A DNA stretch of 64,000 nt, from positions 1 to 64,000 of IMG/VR virus record IMGVR_UViG_3300043434_000266; one strand, written 5' to 3'. A program made the position numbers and the translations under genes. Shown here piece after piece: positions 8,242 through 20,000 of this stretch; positions within the stretch are counted from its first letter, which is position 1; every line of letters begins with the position of its first letter. The notes beneath the pieces were generated by a model that saw nothing but the letters and a program-made list of their open reading frames with translations, was not told the origin of the DNA and did not search any database. The DNA is from a virus.

Positions 8242-10854
8242 ATGCTTAGAAGAGTAAAAGTAAAAAGCTTACCTAGAGCAAAAAATGGAGGAGTTAGTTA
8301 TAATCAACTAGCTCCTATGTTTATACCTAATGAAAATGGAAATCAACGTACACAAGTACGTGATACATTAACTAGTGTACCTAGAGAAGAAGCAAATCTA
8401 GAAGCTGAAGGTGGTGAAACAGCATTAGTTCCTAATGTTGGTGGATTACCTGCGCACTATAAAATTAAAGGTAACAGACACACTAGTGGTGGTGTACCAT
8501 TGAATCTTCCTAATGAGTCATTTATATTTAGTGATACTAAAGCAATGATCATTAAGGATCCAGATGTACTTGCTGAGTTTGGTGAAACTAAACCAATGAC
8601 CCCTGCAAAGATTGCTAAGAAGTATGATATAAATAAATATCGTGAAATCTTAGCTGATCCTGATATGGATAGACGCAGTAAAGAAACTGCGGAGAAAATG
8701 ATCTCTAACTATAATGTAAAATTAGGTAAGCTTGCTACATATCAAGAATCAATGAAAGGTTTTGATGGTGGTATTCCTACTGTATCAATGCCTTATTTAG
8801 AGAGTAGTGGAATTAATCCACAAGACTTGTTACCATTACAACCACAGCAACAATCACCTCAACAAGAAATGTTAGAAGGTGAGATGTATGCTGAACAGAA
8901 TCCTACTGAAGAACAGTTTGAAGCTGAGCAAGAATTACCTGAAGCACAGTTTGGTGGTGGTCGTTTAGGAAGACGTATTAGAGAATTCTTTAATGGTAGT
9001 AGACAATTTGATCCTACTACTGGTATCTATATGAATACAGATGCTCAAGGAAGAGTATTCTATGTAGATGGTAGAGGTGTTCAAATGCCTGGTAATATTA
9101 CATTACCTCAAGGATTCATGTCACCAGGAACAGTAGTTGGAAACAATCAACCTACAGGTACTTCTAACACTACAACTACTACAAAAACTAAAACTGTTAC
9201 TAAGAGTACTGCTAGTAAAGCAAAAGTTGACGAATCAAAAGTTAAGAAAGCTGATGATCCTAATCTTAAAGTAGGTGACTACTACAGAGATTCTGAAGGT
9301 AAACTTAGAAAGGTTACTAAGGTAGGTTATTCTAAAACACCTATTGGTACAACTTACTCAGGTCCAGAAGATTACAAAGCTACTTACAACGATCTTGAAG
9401 GGGATGTTGCTCAAGCAAATGCGCTCATGGAAGATCTTGCAAAAGATGGACTTGCTGAAAAAACTGATAAAGGTTGGATTATTTATGCTGGTGCAAAAGA
9501 TAAACTTGATATACAAGATAAAGACTTTTTAACTAGAGTAGCTTCTTATAATAAAGCTGCAGGATTAAAAGAACTTGGCGCACCTGGATTTAGTATTGCT
9601 TCACAATCACAGTATAAAGATAATAAGAAGGAAGAAAAAGTTGATAGTGGTTTCTACGGTTTTGCTGATCCAGAAATGCTAGAACTTAGATACTGGCAAG
9701 CAACAAATCCTAAAGGTACTTACGAGGACTTTAAGAAAATGGATGATGCTGCTAAAGTTCAGAATCGTAAAGGAATGTTATCTTTATATGGGTATGATGT
9801 TGAGAAGCTAGGAGATGTGGTAAACGATCCTGCTAAACTATATACTAAAGAATTCGTTACAGATCCTAAATCAGGTCTCGCTGCTAGAAATGAAGTAACA
9901 TTTAAAGGTGACAAAGCTAAAACATATAGAAGTGCTGATGACGCTAAGATTGGTTTAGATCACTTGGATGCTTATAGTTTAGCACCTGAATATGGTAATG
10001 AGTTAATAGATGAAACAGAAGATGCTGAGGATATAGAAACTAATACATTAGAAGATACTTACGCTGGTGATCAAGATACACCATATTGGAAACAAGATGT
10101 TGTTAGAATGGCAGGTGCATTTGGAGATCTTAATAGAATCAAGAAGTATACTCCTTGGTCACCTAAGTTAGCACCTTATATTCCAGATCCTACATTTTAC
10201 GATCCTACTAGAGAACTTGCTGCTATCAATGAACAGATGGCAATTGGTTCACAAGGTGCTGGAGCATTTGCACCTGCACAAGCATACAACGCACGTCAAG
10301 CAGAGATGCAAGCACAAGGTGCTAAATCTGTAGCAGATGTATTAGGTCGTTATAATAACTTGAATGTTGGAGCAGCTAATCAGTTTGAATTAACTAAAGC
10401 AAATGTTTTAAATCAAACTGGAGCAGCAAATGCTGATATATCAAAAACTTTATATGATCAGATGGTGACTGCAAATCAGCAATATGATAACTCTAAAGCG
10501 CAAGCTCGTCAAGAACTTCGTCAATCTTATATTGATGCAATTACAAACCGTGCACAAGCACAAGCATTGAATGAGACATATGGTGACCATTATATGGTAG
10601 ATCCTGCATCTGGTGGTTATGTAAACTTTACAGGAAAAACTAAAGATCTTGAACCTAGTAATCCTTATGATCAACAAATGGCGAGTGCGTTCAGAGATCT
10701 TAAAAATCAGTTCCCTGATGTTGATGATAATGTATTAATAAAGTTAATGGGTAAAGATCAAACACCTAACTTTGCAGATGATTATATGAAGGCGATGGCG
10801 AGCATGTACCCCGCACAAACTGGTGCAGGATATGGTGCTAATTATCAAAGTTAA
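8242..10854 (+). CDS. crAss-like virion cargo/structural protein
   Basis: 870 aa; N-terminal EAEGGE..G.RH..GGV..FIFSD motif that I recognise from crAss-like virion proteins; Gln/Ala/Asn-rich helical C-terminal region. Confidence 0.7.
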   Translation: MLRRVKVKSLPRAKNGGVSYNQLAPMFIPNENGNQRTQVRDTLTSVPREEANLEAEGGETALVPNVGGLPAHYKIKGNRHTSGGVPLNLPNESFIFSDTKAMIIKDPDVLAEFGETKPMTPAKIAKKYDINKYREILADPDMDRRSKETAEKMISNYNVKLGKLATYQESMKGFDGGIPTVSMPYLESSGINPQDLLPLQPQQQSPQQEMLEGEMYAEQNPTEEQFEAEQELPEAQFGGGRLGRRIREFFNGSRQFDPTTGIYMNTDAQGRVFYVDGRGVQMPGNITLPQGFMSPGTVVGNNQPTGTSNTTTTTKTKTVTKSTASKAKVDESKVKKADDPNLKVGDYYRDSEGKLRKVTKVGYSKTPIGTTYSGPEDYKATYNDLEGDVAQANALMEDLAKDGLAEKTDKGWIIYAGAKDKLDIQDKDFLTRVASYNKAAGLKELGAPGFSIASQSQYKDNKKEEKVDSGFYGFADPEMLELRYWQATNPKGTYEDFKKMDDAAKVQNRKGMLSLYGYDVEKLGDVVNDPAKLYTKEFVTDPKSGLAARNEVTFKGDKAKTYRSADDAKIGLDHLDAYSLAPEYGNELIDETEDAEDIETNTLEDTYAGDQDTPYWKQDVVRMAGAFGDLNRIKKYTPWSPKLAPYIPDPTFYDPTRELAAINEQMAIGSQGAGAFAPAQAYNARQAEMQAQGAKSVADVLGRYNNLNVGAANQFELTKANVLNQTGAANADISKTLYDQMVTANQQYDNSKAQARQELRQSYIDAITNRAQAQALNETYGDHYMVDPASGGYVNFTGKTKDLEPSNPYDQQMASAFRDLKNQFPDVDDNVLIKLMGKDQTPNFADDYMKAMASMYPAQTGAGYGANYQS

Positions 10855-10878
10855 TAATTTAGATATTATATTTACAAT

Positions 10879-13800
10879 ATGGCAACGTACTTACCCGGAA
10901 TAACTGACTACATACCAAAAATACAACCGTTCAAACCGGACCTTAACTACTATGCTAATATATTACAAACTAAAGAAGCTCAGTATCAAGCAGGATACGA
11001 TAAGCTAAGTAATATATACGGTACGTTATTGAACTCCGAAATGCTTCGTTCTGGAAATATAGAACGAAGAGATGAATTCTTTACAAAGATTGATAATGAT
11101 ATCAAAAAGGTATCAGGAATGGATCTTTCTAAAGAACAGAACGTGATGGCGGCACAGAAGATATTTCAACCACTTATAGATGATAAGTACATCCAAAAAG
11201 ATATTGCGTTTACTAAAAACTGGAGAGGTCAACAATCAAGAGCGGAAGCTTTAAAGAATTGTACAGACCCTAAAAAATGTGGTGGACAATGGTGGGAAGA
11301 TGGTGTTCGTGCATTGAATTATCAAGCTGAAGATTTTACAAAAGCAACAGACGCTGAGTCATTATCTTTTGCAAATCCTACTTATACTCCTTATGTAAAC
11401 ACTCGGCAGAAAGCAATGGATTTTGCTAAGGAGATGGGTTACAATGTAAAAACTGTAACATATAGTCCTGATGGAATGTACAGAATTAATACAACTAATG
11501 GTCCTCAGATTGTTGAGGATTTAACTAAGATGTTTATTAATCAGACTCTATCAGATCCTCAAGCTTTAGATATGTATAAAACAAAAGCATATCTAAATAG
11601 AAAAGATTACGTTAGAGGATACGCACAACAGTTTGGATCAGAAGAAGCTGCAGAAAGAAACTATATTAATGATATCATAAATAAATCTAAGGAGACGCAA
11701 AGTAAACAAGCAGCTCAAGCAGAGAAACAAATAGATGGTATTACTGAAGATAGAGCGATTGCAGAAAAGTCACTTACTAAGTTTCCTTTAAATGAAACTG
11801 CTGATGCTAACTATATAGAATATCTTGAAAGTCTAGATGGTAACGAGCAAGCCGCATCCAGTGTTGCAGCATCTTCAAAAGATGCATTGATGCAAATAGA
11901 AGGTTTGGAAAACATGGATATCCAAACTATGCGTTATCGTGCAGATCTTGCTGAAGCACAAAATCTACTTGTAGATCAAATGTACGGTGCCGCTACAGAT
12001 TATGCAATGGGTACCATGGAACAAGAGATAGAAGAAGATAAGTATGCGCTTGCTTCTTTCAACCATGGTTTGCAAATGAAAGAAATCGAATATAGAGCTG
12101 CTATCGATTATGAGATGGAGCAATTGAAATTCGATAACCAAAAACAATTAAAGTTATATGAGTACGCTTTAGAGAATGGTGGTCTACCAGGTAGTGAGAG
12201 CGCACTTAACTTTGATGAACAAGGTATGCCTGTTGAACCCGGAGCGGGTGGTACAGGAATTCCTGAAGGGGGCGCTGCTGCTTTTGCAGAACAACAAGTA
12301 AAAGCAAAAATGGATGGTTATAATCAAGCTACTCAAAACAAGATGCAATTTGTTGTATCTCAGCTTGATGCAATTATTAACAATCCTAATGCTTACTCTA
12401 AAGAAGAAGTAAGTCGTGCTAAAAAATATAAAGAGGAACTCTACGGTAAAGCAGAAGTAACTTCTAATATTGGACAGATCCAAGCACAGCAATCTATAGG
12501 TAACGCTGGTAATCTTACACAAGCTGTTGTTGGCGCTGCTGCTGTCGATGTTGCTTTAACAACTGCTGCATCACTTGCTGCAGCAGGAACTGCTACTACA
12601 GCAACCGGTATTGGCGCACCAGTAGGTTTAGCACTATTAGGAGCTGCTGGTGTTACTATGGCAGCAAAAGGTATATATGATTTCTTTACTGAAAATAATG
12701 AAGGTGAAGAAGCAGCTGTTGTAACTAGTCAAGGTGGATACATCGACGCTAGTGGTAAAATGGTAGATGTCAAAGGACATACTGATGCCACCAATCCTAA
12801 AAGTCCATATAATATTACTAATATAAACAAACGTCTTGATGCATTTATTGCTACTGAAGGTAATGGTTTATTTAGAGGTAACGAGAATTTTAAAAAGCGT
12901 GCATCACAATTAAATCAAGAAATTGAGAAAGCTGATGCAATGCAACAATCAGCGTTTAAGAAAGCACGTAAAGATAATTTGAGTATTCGTCAAAGAATCG
13001 TAGGTTTATATGGTGGTAATGACGGTAGTGAATTATTAATTGATGACACCGGACACAAGCTTAGTGAGCAAGAATTTATTAGCGCGTACACTAAAAAGTA
13101 TTCACGTGGTATAGATAATCCTATGCTGAATCCTGCAGCAAAGTTTATGATGGATATATTTGAGGATGATGCTGCTGACATATACGATAAAGCTATTGAA
13201 AGATATAATCGTATATACGACAACGGTGAAGTTGAGGGTTTGGGTATTGGTATTAATTCTATTGGTCAGGGTGGTGGTTTAGTAGGTAGAGGAAATCGTG
13301 TTTTTGATTTTGATCCTGCACAACCCGGACCACTTAAAGCTGCAGTTAAAGAAATGTATCTTAAAGATATAGCGCCTGCTTTGAGTAATCGTAGTATGAA
13401 AGGTGCTACTTTTGCATTTGGAGATGCCGCATCCTTTACTAATCAAGATGAGTTGGGAGATGATGCTGAAGCTGCGGCTGTAATATCAAACTTAATGAAA
13501 CAATCTTTAGGTACAAAGTGGAAAAAGACTAACAATAATCGTCCTGTATTCCAGATTACTCGTGTTGGTATTACACAAAATAATCCTGATAAAGTCGCTG
13601 TAACGTTTGAGGTTAACGAAGATTTTATTAATAAGTATGATGGATCAGATAAGAATCCCGGTATTACTGCTAAGATGTCTCAATCAGGAGATAATAAAGT
13701 ATCTGTCTTATTCGATAGAAATAAAGTAAATTCATTATTCTTTAAATCTATTGAACCGTCAAACGAAGAGTTTTTATTATATAATAATGGTAGACTTGAT

Positions 13801-14052
13801 GTTAATGCCTACAATGAATTTGGAGGAACAGGATCTATTACAAGAGATCCTGTATCAGGAATGAAGTCATTTACGCTTACCCAAAAGCATGTAAATCCTG
13901 AAACTGGTAAATTAGAGCAGCTTACTATGAGTGATGTTGGAGACTTTGACGTTACCGACATGTATGAAAAGATTAATCAAGAACTTGCAACAAGATACCA
14001 ACAGAACTATAACACATTAAGAACACCTGCAGAAGAACAAACAAATGAGTGA
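10879..14052 (+). CDS. Putative ejection protein with membrane-spanning Ala/Gly-rich segment
   Basis: 1057 aa; long apolar stretch AVVGAAAVDVALTTAASLAAAGTATTATGIGAPVGLALLGAAGVTMAA; lies directly upstream of the giant-gene trio. Confidence 0.65.
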   Translation: MATYLPGITDYIPKIQPFKPDLNYYANILQTKEAQYQAGYDKLSNIYGTLLNSEMLRSGNIERRDEFFTKIDNDIKKVSGMDLSKEQNVMAAQKIFQPLIDDKYIQKDIAFTKNWRGQQSRAEALKNCTDPKKCGGQWWEDGVRALNYQAEDFTKATDAESLSFANPTYTPYVNTRQKAMDFAKEMGYNVKTVTYSPDGMYRINTTNGPQIVEDLTKMFINQTLSDPQALDMYKTKAYLNRKDYVRGYAQQFGSEEAAERNYINDIINKSKETQSKQAAQAEKQIDGITEDRAIAEKSLTKFPLNETADANYIEYLESLDGNEQAASSVAASSKDALMQIEGLENMDIQTMRYRADLAEAQNLLVDQMYGAATDYAMGTMEQEIEEDKYALASFNHGLQMKEIEYRAAIDYEMEQLKFDNQKQLKLYEYALENGGLPGSESALNFDEQGMPVEPGAGGTGIPEGGAAAFAEQQVKAKMDGYNQATQNKMQFVVSQLDAIINNPNAYSKEEVSRAKKYKEELYGKAEVTSNIGQIQAQQSIGNAGNLTQAVVGAAAVDVALTTAASLAAAGTATTATGIGAPVGLALLGAAGVTMAAKGIYDFFTENNEGEEAAVVTSQGGYIDASGKMVDVKGHTDATNPKSPYNITNINKRLDAFIATEGNGLFRGNENFKKRASQLNQEIEKADAMQQSAFKKARKDNLSIRQRIVGLYGGNDGSELLIDDTGHKLSEQEFISAYTKKYSRGIDNPMLNPAAKFMMDIFEDDAADIYDKAIERYNRIYDNGEVEGLGIGINSIGQGGGLVGRGNRVFDFDPAQPGPLKAAVKEMYLKDIAPALSNRSMKGATFAFGDAASFTNQDELGDDAEAAAVISNLMKQSLGTKWKKTNNNRPVFQITRVGITQNNPDKVAVTFEVNEDFINKYDGSDKNPGITAKMSQSGDNKVSVLFDRNKVNSLFFKSIEPSNEEFLLYNNGRLDVNAYNEFGGTGSITRDPVSGMKSFTLTQKHVNPETGKLEQLTMSDVGDFDVTDMYEKINQELATRYQQNYNTLRTPAEEQTNE

Positions 14053-17000
14053 GATCTATAGATTACCTAGTGGTAAACCTTTCAGCGCAGACATTAGAAA
14101 AAATGTTGGAAATGCATTAACAGGACCCAATCCTCAACCTGCACCAAAGACTGCAGCAGAAGCTCGTCAACAAGCAATGGCGAGTATGAATAAGTTTGTA
14201 ATAGAAGCACCAAAAGCTGATACACTTAAATATGATAAACCATTTACATTTAACTCAGATGTAACTGGTCAGAACTTTGAAAGGTATTATTCTCACCCCC
14301 AATTTAAAAAGTTGGGATTTTCTCCATTTAGAGATAATGAAACTGCATATAACCAGAACTCAAGTTTATGGGATGATACTGTACGTGCAGGTAAATACTA
14401 TCCTAAGTTAGTAGGTTTAGCTGTAAGTGGTACTTTTGGTAACTGGGATGAACTATTCTCAGCAACACCTGATGTAGATAACTCCATTAAGATGGAGAGG
14501 TACATGAACATGGCGTCTTCAAGTCGTGATGGATTTGGTGCAAAAGCATTAAACTTTGGAGTCAATAGTGCATATACTGTTGGTATAATAGGATCTATTG
14601 CTGCTGAAGAAGCGGTGCTTGCAGGTATAGGTGCAACAGGTGTTGGATCTGGTGTTGCTGTAGCTGGTACAACTAAGAATATATTAAAGCTTAACAAAGC
14701 ATTTGATAGATTAGCAGATATATTCAAAGCAGGTTCTAATATTACAGAAGCTCGTAAAACGTGGGAAGCAGTTGGTAAAGTATCTAAAGCTGTATTACCA
14801 TTTCAAAATACTGCGAATCTTTTCAGACAAACGGAGAGAGCAGCAATGGGTTGGAATAAAATGGACGACTATGCAAAAGCATATCATTCATTTGGTGCAT
14901 TCTTTAGAGACTTAAGAGAAATTAACTTAGTAACCTCTGAATCAAAACTCGAAGGAGGATTTGTTCAGAACGAAGTTGCTAATGATTTGATAAAAGAATT
15001 TAGAGCAAAGAATGGTCGTGATCCTAATGATCAAGAATCTAAGAAGATGTATGATCAAGCACGTGAAGCAGGATTCTCAACTAGTTACGCTAACATGGCG
15101 GGTATCTATGCTAGTAATAAAGTAGTACTAGATAAATTATTAAAGGGTGTTCCTGTATTAGGTCAAGTAGAACACGCCGCATCTAAATCAGTCAGAGGTT
15201 CTATCGTAAAGAATGCTAACTGGTTGAAAGAAGGTAAGAATCCATTTGAAGTTCTATACGGTGCTAAGAAGTATGTAAACAAAGAGTGGTTAAAACAGAC
15301 CGCTAAGAACATACCTAAAAACGGATTACGTTATATGAGTGCTAACCTTATGGAAGGTACTCAAGAAGTTTATCAAGAAGCAACTGCAGAAGCAATGAAG
15401 CAGTATTATATTGATACTTACTACGACCCAAATCGTGCACATCAAGGACACATGATGGCATCTATTAAAAATGGTTTGAAATCTCAAATAAGTGGAAGAG
15501 GTTTAGAGACATTCTTAAGTGGTGCATTAATGGCAGGACCTATTCAAGTTGCTCAAAATGGTTTGATGCGTTTGGGTGAATACGGTAACTTAGTTAAATT
15601 AAAATCTCAAGCAAAATCATTTGACGCTGATCCTAAGAATGCTGGTAAAGAGAATCCCTATACTAAAAAGATTAATGAGTATAAAGAATGGGATACGAAA
15701 GTAGTTGATGCTCTTAATGATCTTACAAAAAATAAGAAAGAAAACTTCTCTAAACTATACAGAAACGCTAAAGAACAAAAAGATCTTGCGGATCTATATG
15801 AAGATGCTGCTTTGAATGACGATACTAAGACTGCAGTTGATACTAAAGAAGACTCTTTGTTTGCTCATATTAATACATTAAGAAGAAGTGGTACTTTAGA
15901 TTTATTCAAGGAGCAATTACAATCGCTTTCTGAATTATCAAATGAAGAACTCAATGAAGCTTTTAATGAACCCGGCGGTACAAATGTAGTAGATGGTAAA
16001 AATATAGGAGACCGTATCCAAACAACATTAAAAAGAATTGATGAGATTGATAAGCATTTAAGTGATGTAGAAAAGATCGCTAACCCTTATGATGCTCGTC
16101 AAGATTTCTTTAAATGGTTTGGATTTGAAGAAGCACGTAAAATGGTAGCTTACCATGATTACACCTATAAGCGTATTGGAGGTCGTATGACCGGTATATC
16201 TGAGAAGATACAAAATACATTAAGTTCATTGGGATCTAATCCTAACTATTCTGATATTGCTGCATTATTTAATGTTGGTAGAGAAGCTAATTTAATGGAC
16301 TCTATGGACATGGGTATGACCAGTGAGATCGATCTTATTCAAAAAGAAATTGAGGGAATAGGTGATATTACTGATCTAACATTAAAGCGTAGAAAGGATA
16401 TATTATTAGCAAAGAAAAATAGACTTCAAAATATGTCTGTTGCTGTACAAAATTATGTACAAGCTAATAAGTTAATGAACTCAAACTTATCACCTGAAGA
16501 AGTAGATGATGTAACAGAACGAGTAGCTGTTGCAGAACAATTATTATATGATGCATTTAAAGACCACCTTACAAACATAGGTGTATCTCAAGGAAAAGCT
16601 AGTGCTGAGTTTGGTATATTTAATAAGACAATTGATGAGTTGTTTGGTCAGTATAAAGATTACTGGAGACTAGAAGCGGACAAAACAAACTTTGCAAACG
16701 CAATCAATATGTTGTATAACCCAGAGTTATACGGACAAGCAGTTGATCGTTTTGCTGAAGCAGCATCACAAGCAGATATTGTTAAAGCAGAGAAAGCAAA
16801 AGAAGCGGCTCTAGCATATAAAAAGAGATATGCTACTAATGATTTCTTAAATGACCTATTGAGTCAGTATAATGTATTTGTAAGTGAGGATGAAGCAGAA
16901 GCATATCTAGCTAATAACATTGTACCTAGTAAATTCGTTAATGCTGATACAGGATACGAATTAGATCCTAGAAGAGATAAAGAAACATATGATAAGATTT

Positions 17001-20000
17001 TAGATCTTATTGATAAGTACGATGAGGTGTTCTTTGAGGAGTCTGGTCAACGTTTATTTAAACCAGCAACATTTGATGCAGGTGTGCGTATAGCAGGAAC
17101 ATCAGGTAATAAAGAGATTGCTGAGTTTGTTCCTGAGTTTGCAGAAAACGACAAGAGAACATTTTCTGACTTAGCACAAGAATTTGGATTTAGTAAAGGT
17201 AGAGCTGAGTCACAAGTAAAATTAGATACTGTACTTAATGCGATTATTAATAGTAAGTATGCTTCACAAGAACAGAAAGAACTTGCTAGAAAGCTTATTG
17301 CACTTACTGATAAAACAGATCTGATTACATTTAAACAGAACCACTATATAAACTCTACGTACGATAGCACCAATGGTATTATTGTAGACGCTCGTTATAG
17401 TTCAAAAGATTACGATGCTAAAGTGTCAGTTCCTATTGAGTATTCTATTCTCAATGGTGTAATGCAAAAAGTGATTACTGATGCATTAGCTGATCCCGCA
17501 TATGCAAGTCAGATTTCTGAACTTAGAAAACTTGCTATAGCAGCAACATCTAATGATACCGAGAAAGCTTTGTTTAAATATGGTTTAGCAAACGATAAAC
17601 AATTTGTTTCGGAGTTACTTACAAATGGTGACTTCCAAGCTTTCCTACAAAACATCGAATATCAAGGAGACAGTACAGAGATTAGTAATGAAGCTAAATC
17701 AATGTGGGGTAAATTCCTAGATATTCTAAATGATATATTTAAAGATGTACTAAAACTAAGTAAAACAGTTTACGCGGAAGCAATGACTGTTACATTAAAT
17801 AAATTAGCACAACCCAAGACAGGAACTACAACTAGTGGTCAGCAACCCACAGCTACTCCTGGAGGAGGTACCTCTGTAGATACAGATGCACAAGATGCTG
17901 AATTAATGCAGAAACTTAGAGATAAGTACGATTCTATAATTGCAGGAATGTCTGATGCTGATAAAGCAGGTATGGTATTCGATAGTTGGAGAAAAACAGA
18001 TTCTCGTGCAATAGATATTATTAAAAAGCATAAAGCAGATAAAATACGTTCACAAGCTAGTGGACAGGGTGCAGGAAGTTCTCAAGTATTTGTAGACGCT
18101 GCGACTAAGAGAAGAGCATTAACTGCTGTTGGATATACATTTGATGAGATCAACAGTATGTCTGAAGATGAAATTAATGACTTGTATTCTAGAAGAGAAG
18201 AGTTAGCAAAAGGATTTGTACCTAACTTAAATAGCGAAGACTGGGGAGAAATTGATGAGGTGATGAACGCAGCTAAGAAAAGAGTTGCTGATATGAATCT
18301 CAAGCTTACTGAAGATACAAAGAACTATGTACAATATGATGAAAACGGTCAACCTATAGAAGGTACTGAGAGAAAGCGTGTAAGTAGTGTTGTAAAAGAA
18401 CCTTTAACCGATGTTAAACCTGTAGCAAGTGCAAGAGGTAATATTATTGATGGACTTTTTAAAGATTTCTTACAAGGTAAGCTCCAATCATTTGACGCAT
18501 TTAAAGAACGCTATAAAGAACTACAAGCACTTCCAAAGAACAAAGTAGTAAACTTTTCTGAAGAAATGCTTGAAGATTTATTTGATTCTGTAAGAACAGT
18601 TCAAAAAGCTTTAAACAGTAAGGGTATTAAAGTAATAAGTGATTTTCCAATTATCAGTGGTATACTAGGTTCTGACGCAGTTGCTGGTGAAATGGATATT
18701 CTCGCTTATAATAAGAATGGTAAAATATTCATTATTGATATTAAATCAGCTTTTGCAAATAGACGATTAGGTTATGATGTAGATAATGCTTTAAGACTTG
18801 CATTAGGGGATAAGTATTCTCAGTTTTCTAAAGCAATGAAAGAGAATGACAACCTTGTCCGTAAAGCAATGGGAACATTTTCTGATCCTGCAGATAAGGC
18901 ATTGATCGAAGATACTATTAAAAAGGTATTAGAAAAGTATCCAAACGAAGAATCTGATTTCTTAGAAGGTAAAGATATTACAGTACCTATTTTCTATCCT
19001 ATATCAGACCGTGCACAACAGCTAGGATATAAAGAATTATTACGTCAGTCTACAGGACTAGAAGCTGACTTCATTAATATCTTTCCTATTACAACAGATT
19101 ATGCAAAAGCAGGAACCATTAATGGTGCTAGAATGTTACCTGAAATAGTAGGTGTAAGGACAGATGAGGATGGTAATAAAGTATTGCAAGAAAGTAATAA
19201 CTATTCTATTAGAGTTGATACTTCTAAAAGTATATATGAATTAGGAATACCTGGTGTCACACAAACCGTTACTACTTATCCTGAGAATCCAATTGCTCAA
19301 AAAGCACCTCAACCACCAGCAACCCCAACTCCTGTTTCTGATATAGAAGCTGAGATAGAAAAAAATAAAAAAGCAGATTTAGAACAATTAAAAACAATAC
19401 CTCCTGGTAACTATATTAGAGTTAACGGTAATGAAAAGGAATTACTTAAAAAGTTTAGAGAATACTTAACTGATGTTCTAGGATGGGAAAGAATGACTAT
19501 TGGGTTTTCTAATGGTAATCTTACACTTAACTACTTAGGAACTGAACTTAAAATACCTGCTTCAATTAATATACTTGGTGGTAATACTGCTATTATAGAT
19601 ATAAATGTAGAAAATGTAATTGAAACTAAATATAATGCAGAACTAGCTGCTTTAAAAGGTAAACCAACTCAACAACAAGGTGGTTCAAGTCAAACCAGAA
19701 CATACGATAACAAACCAATTGCTAAAGGTTTAAAAGGTAAAGTAATTTATATAACTCCTGATAGTTATACTACAGGGGATATGAAAACTCACTCTGAAGA
19801 CTTAGTAGCAGGTGATGATTTAGTTAATGCAGCAATCTTAGGTTTAGATCAAGAAGCTTTAAAAACTAAATTAGAGAGTTTTTCAAAAGGTAGTAGTCGT
19901 CTAGCTAATGCTGCAGGTGGATTGCTCAACTTCATAAAGAAAACAGGTATCTCTGAAAAAACATTAGATGGTAAAAATAACTTCAAATACTTATTAGCTG

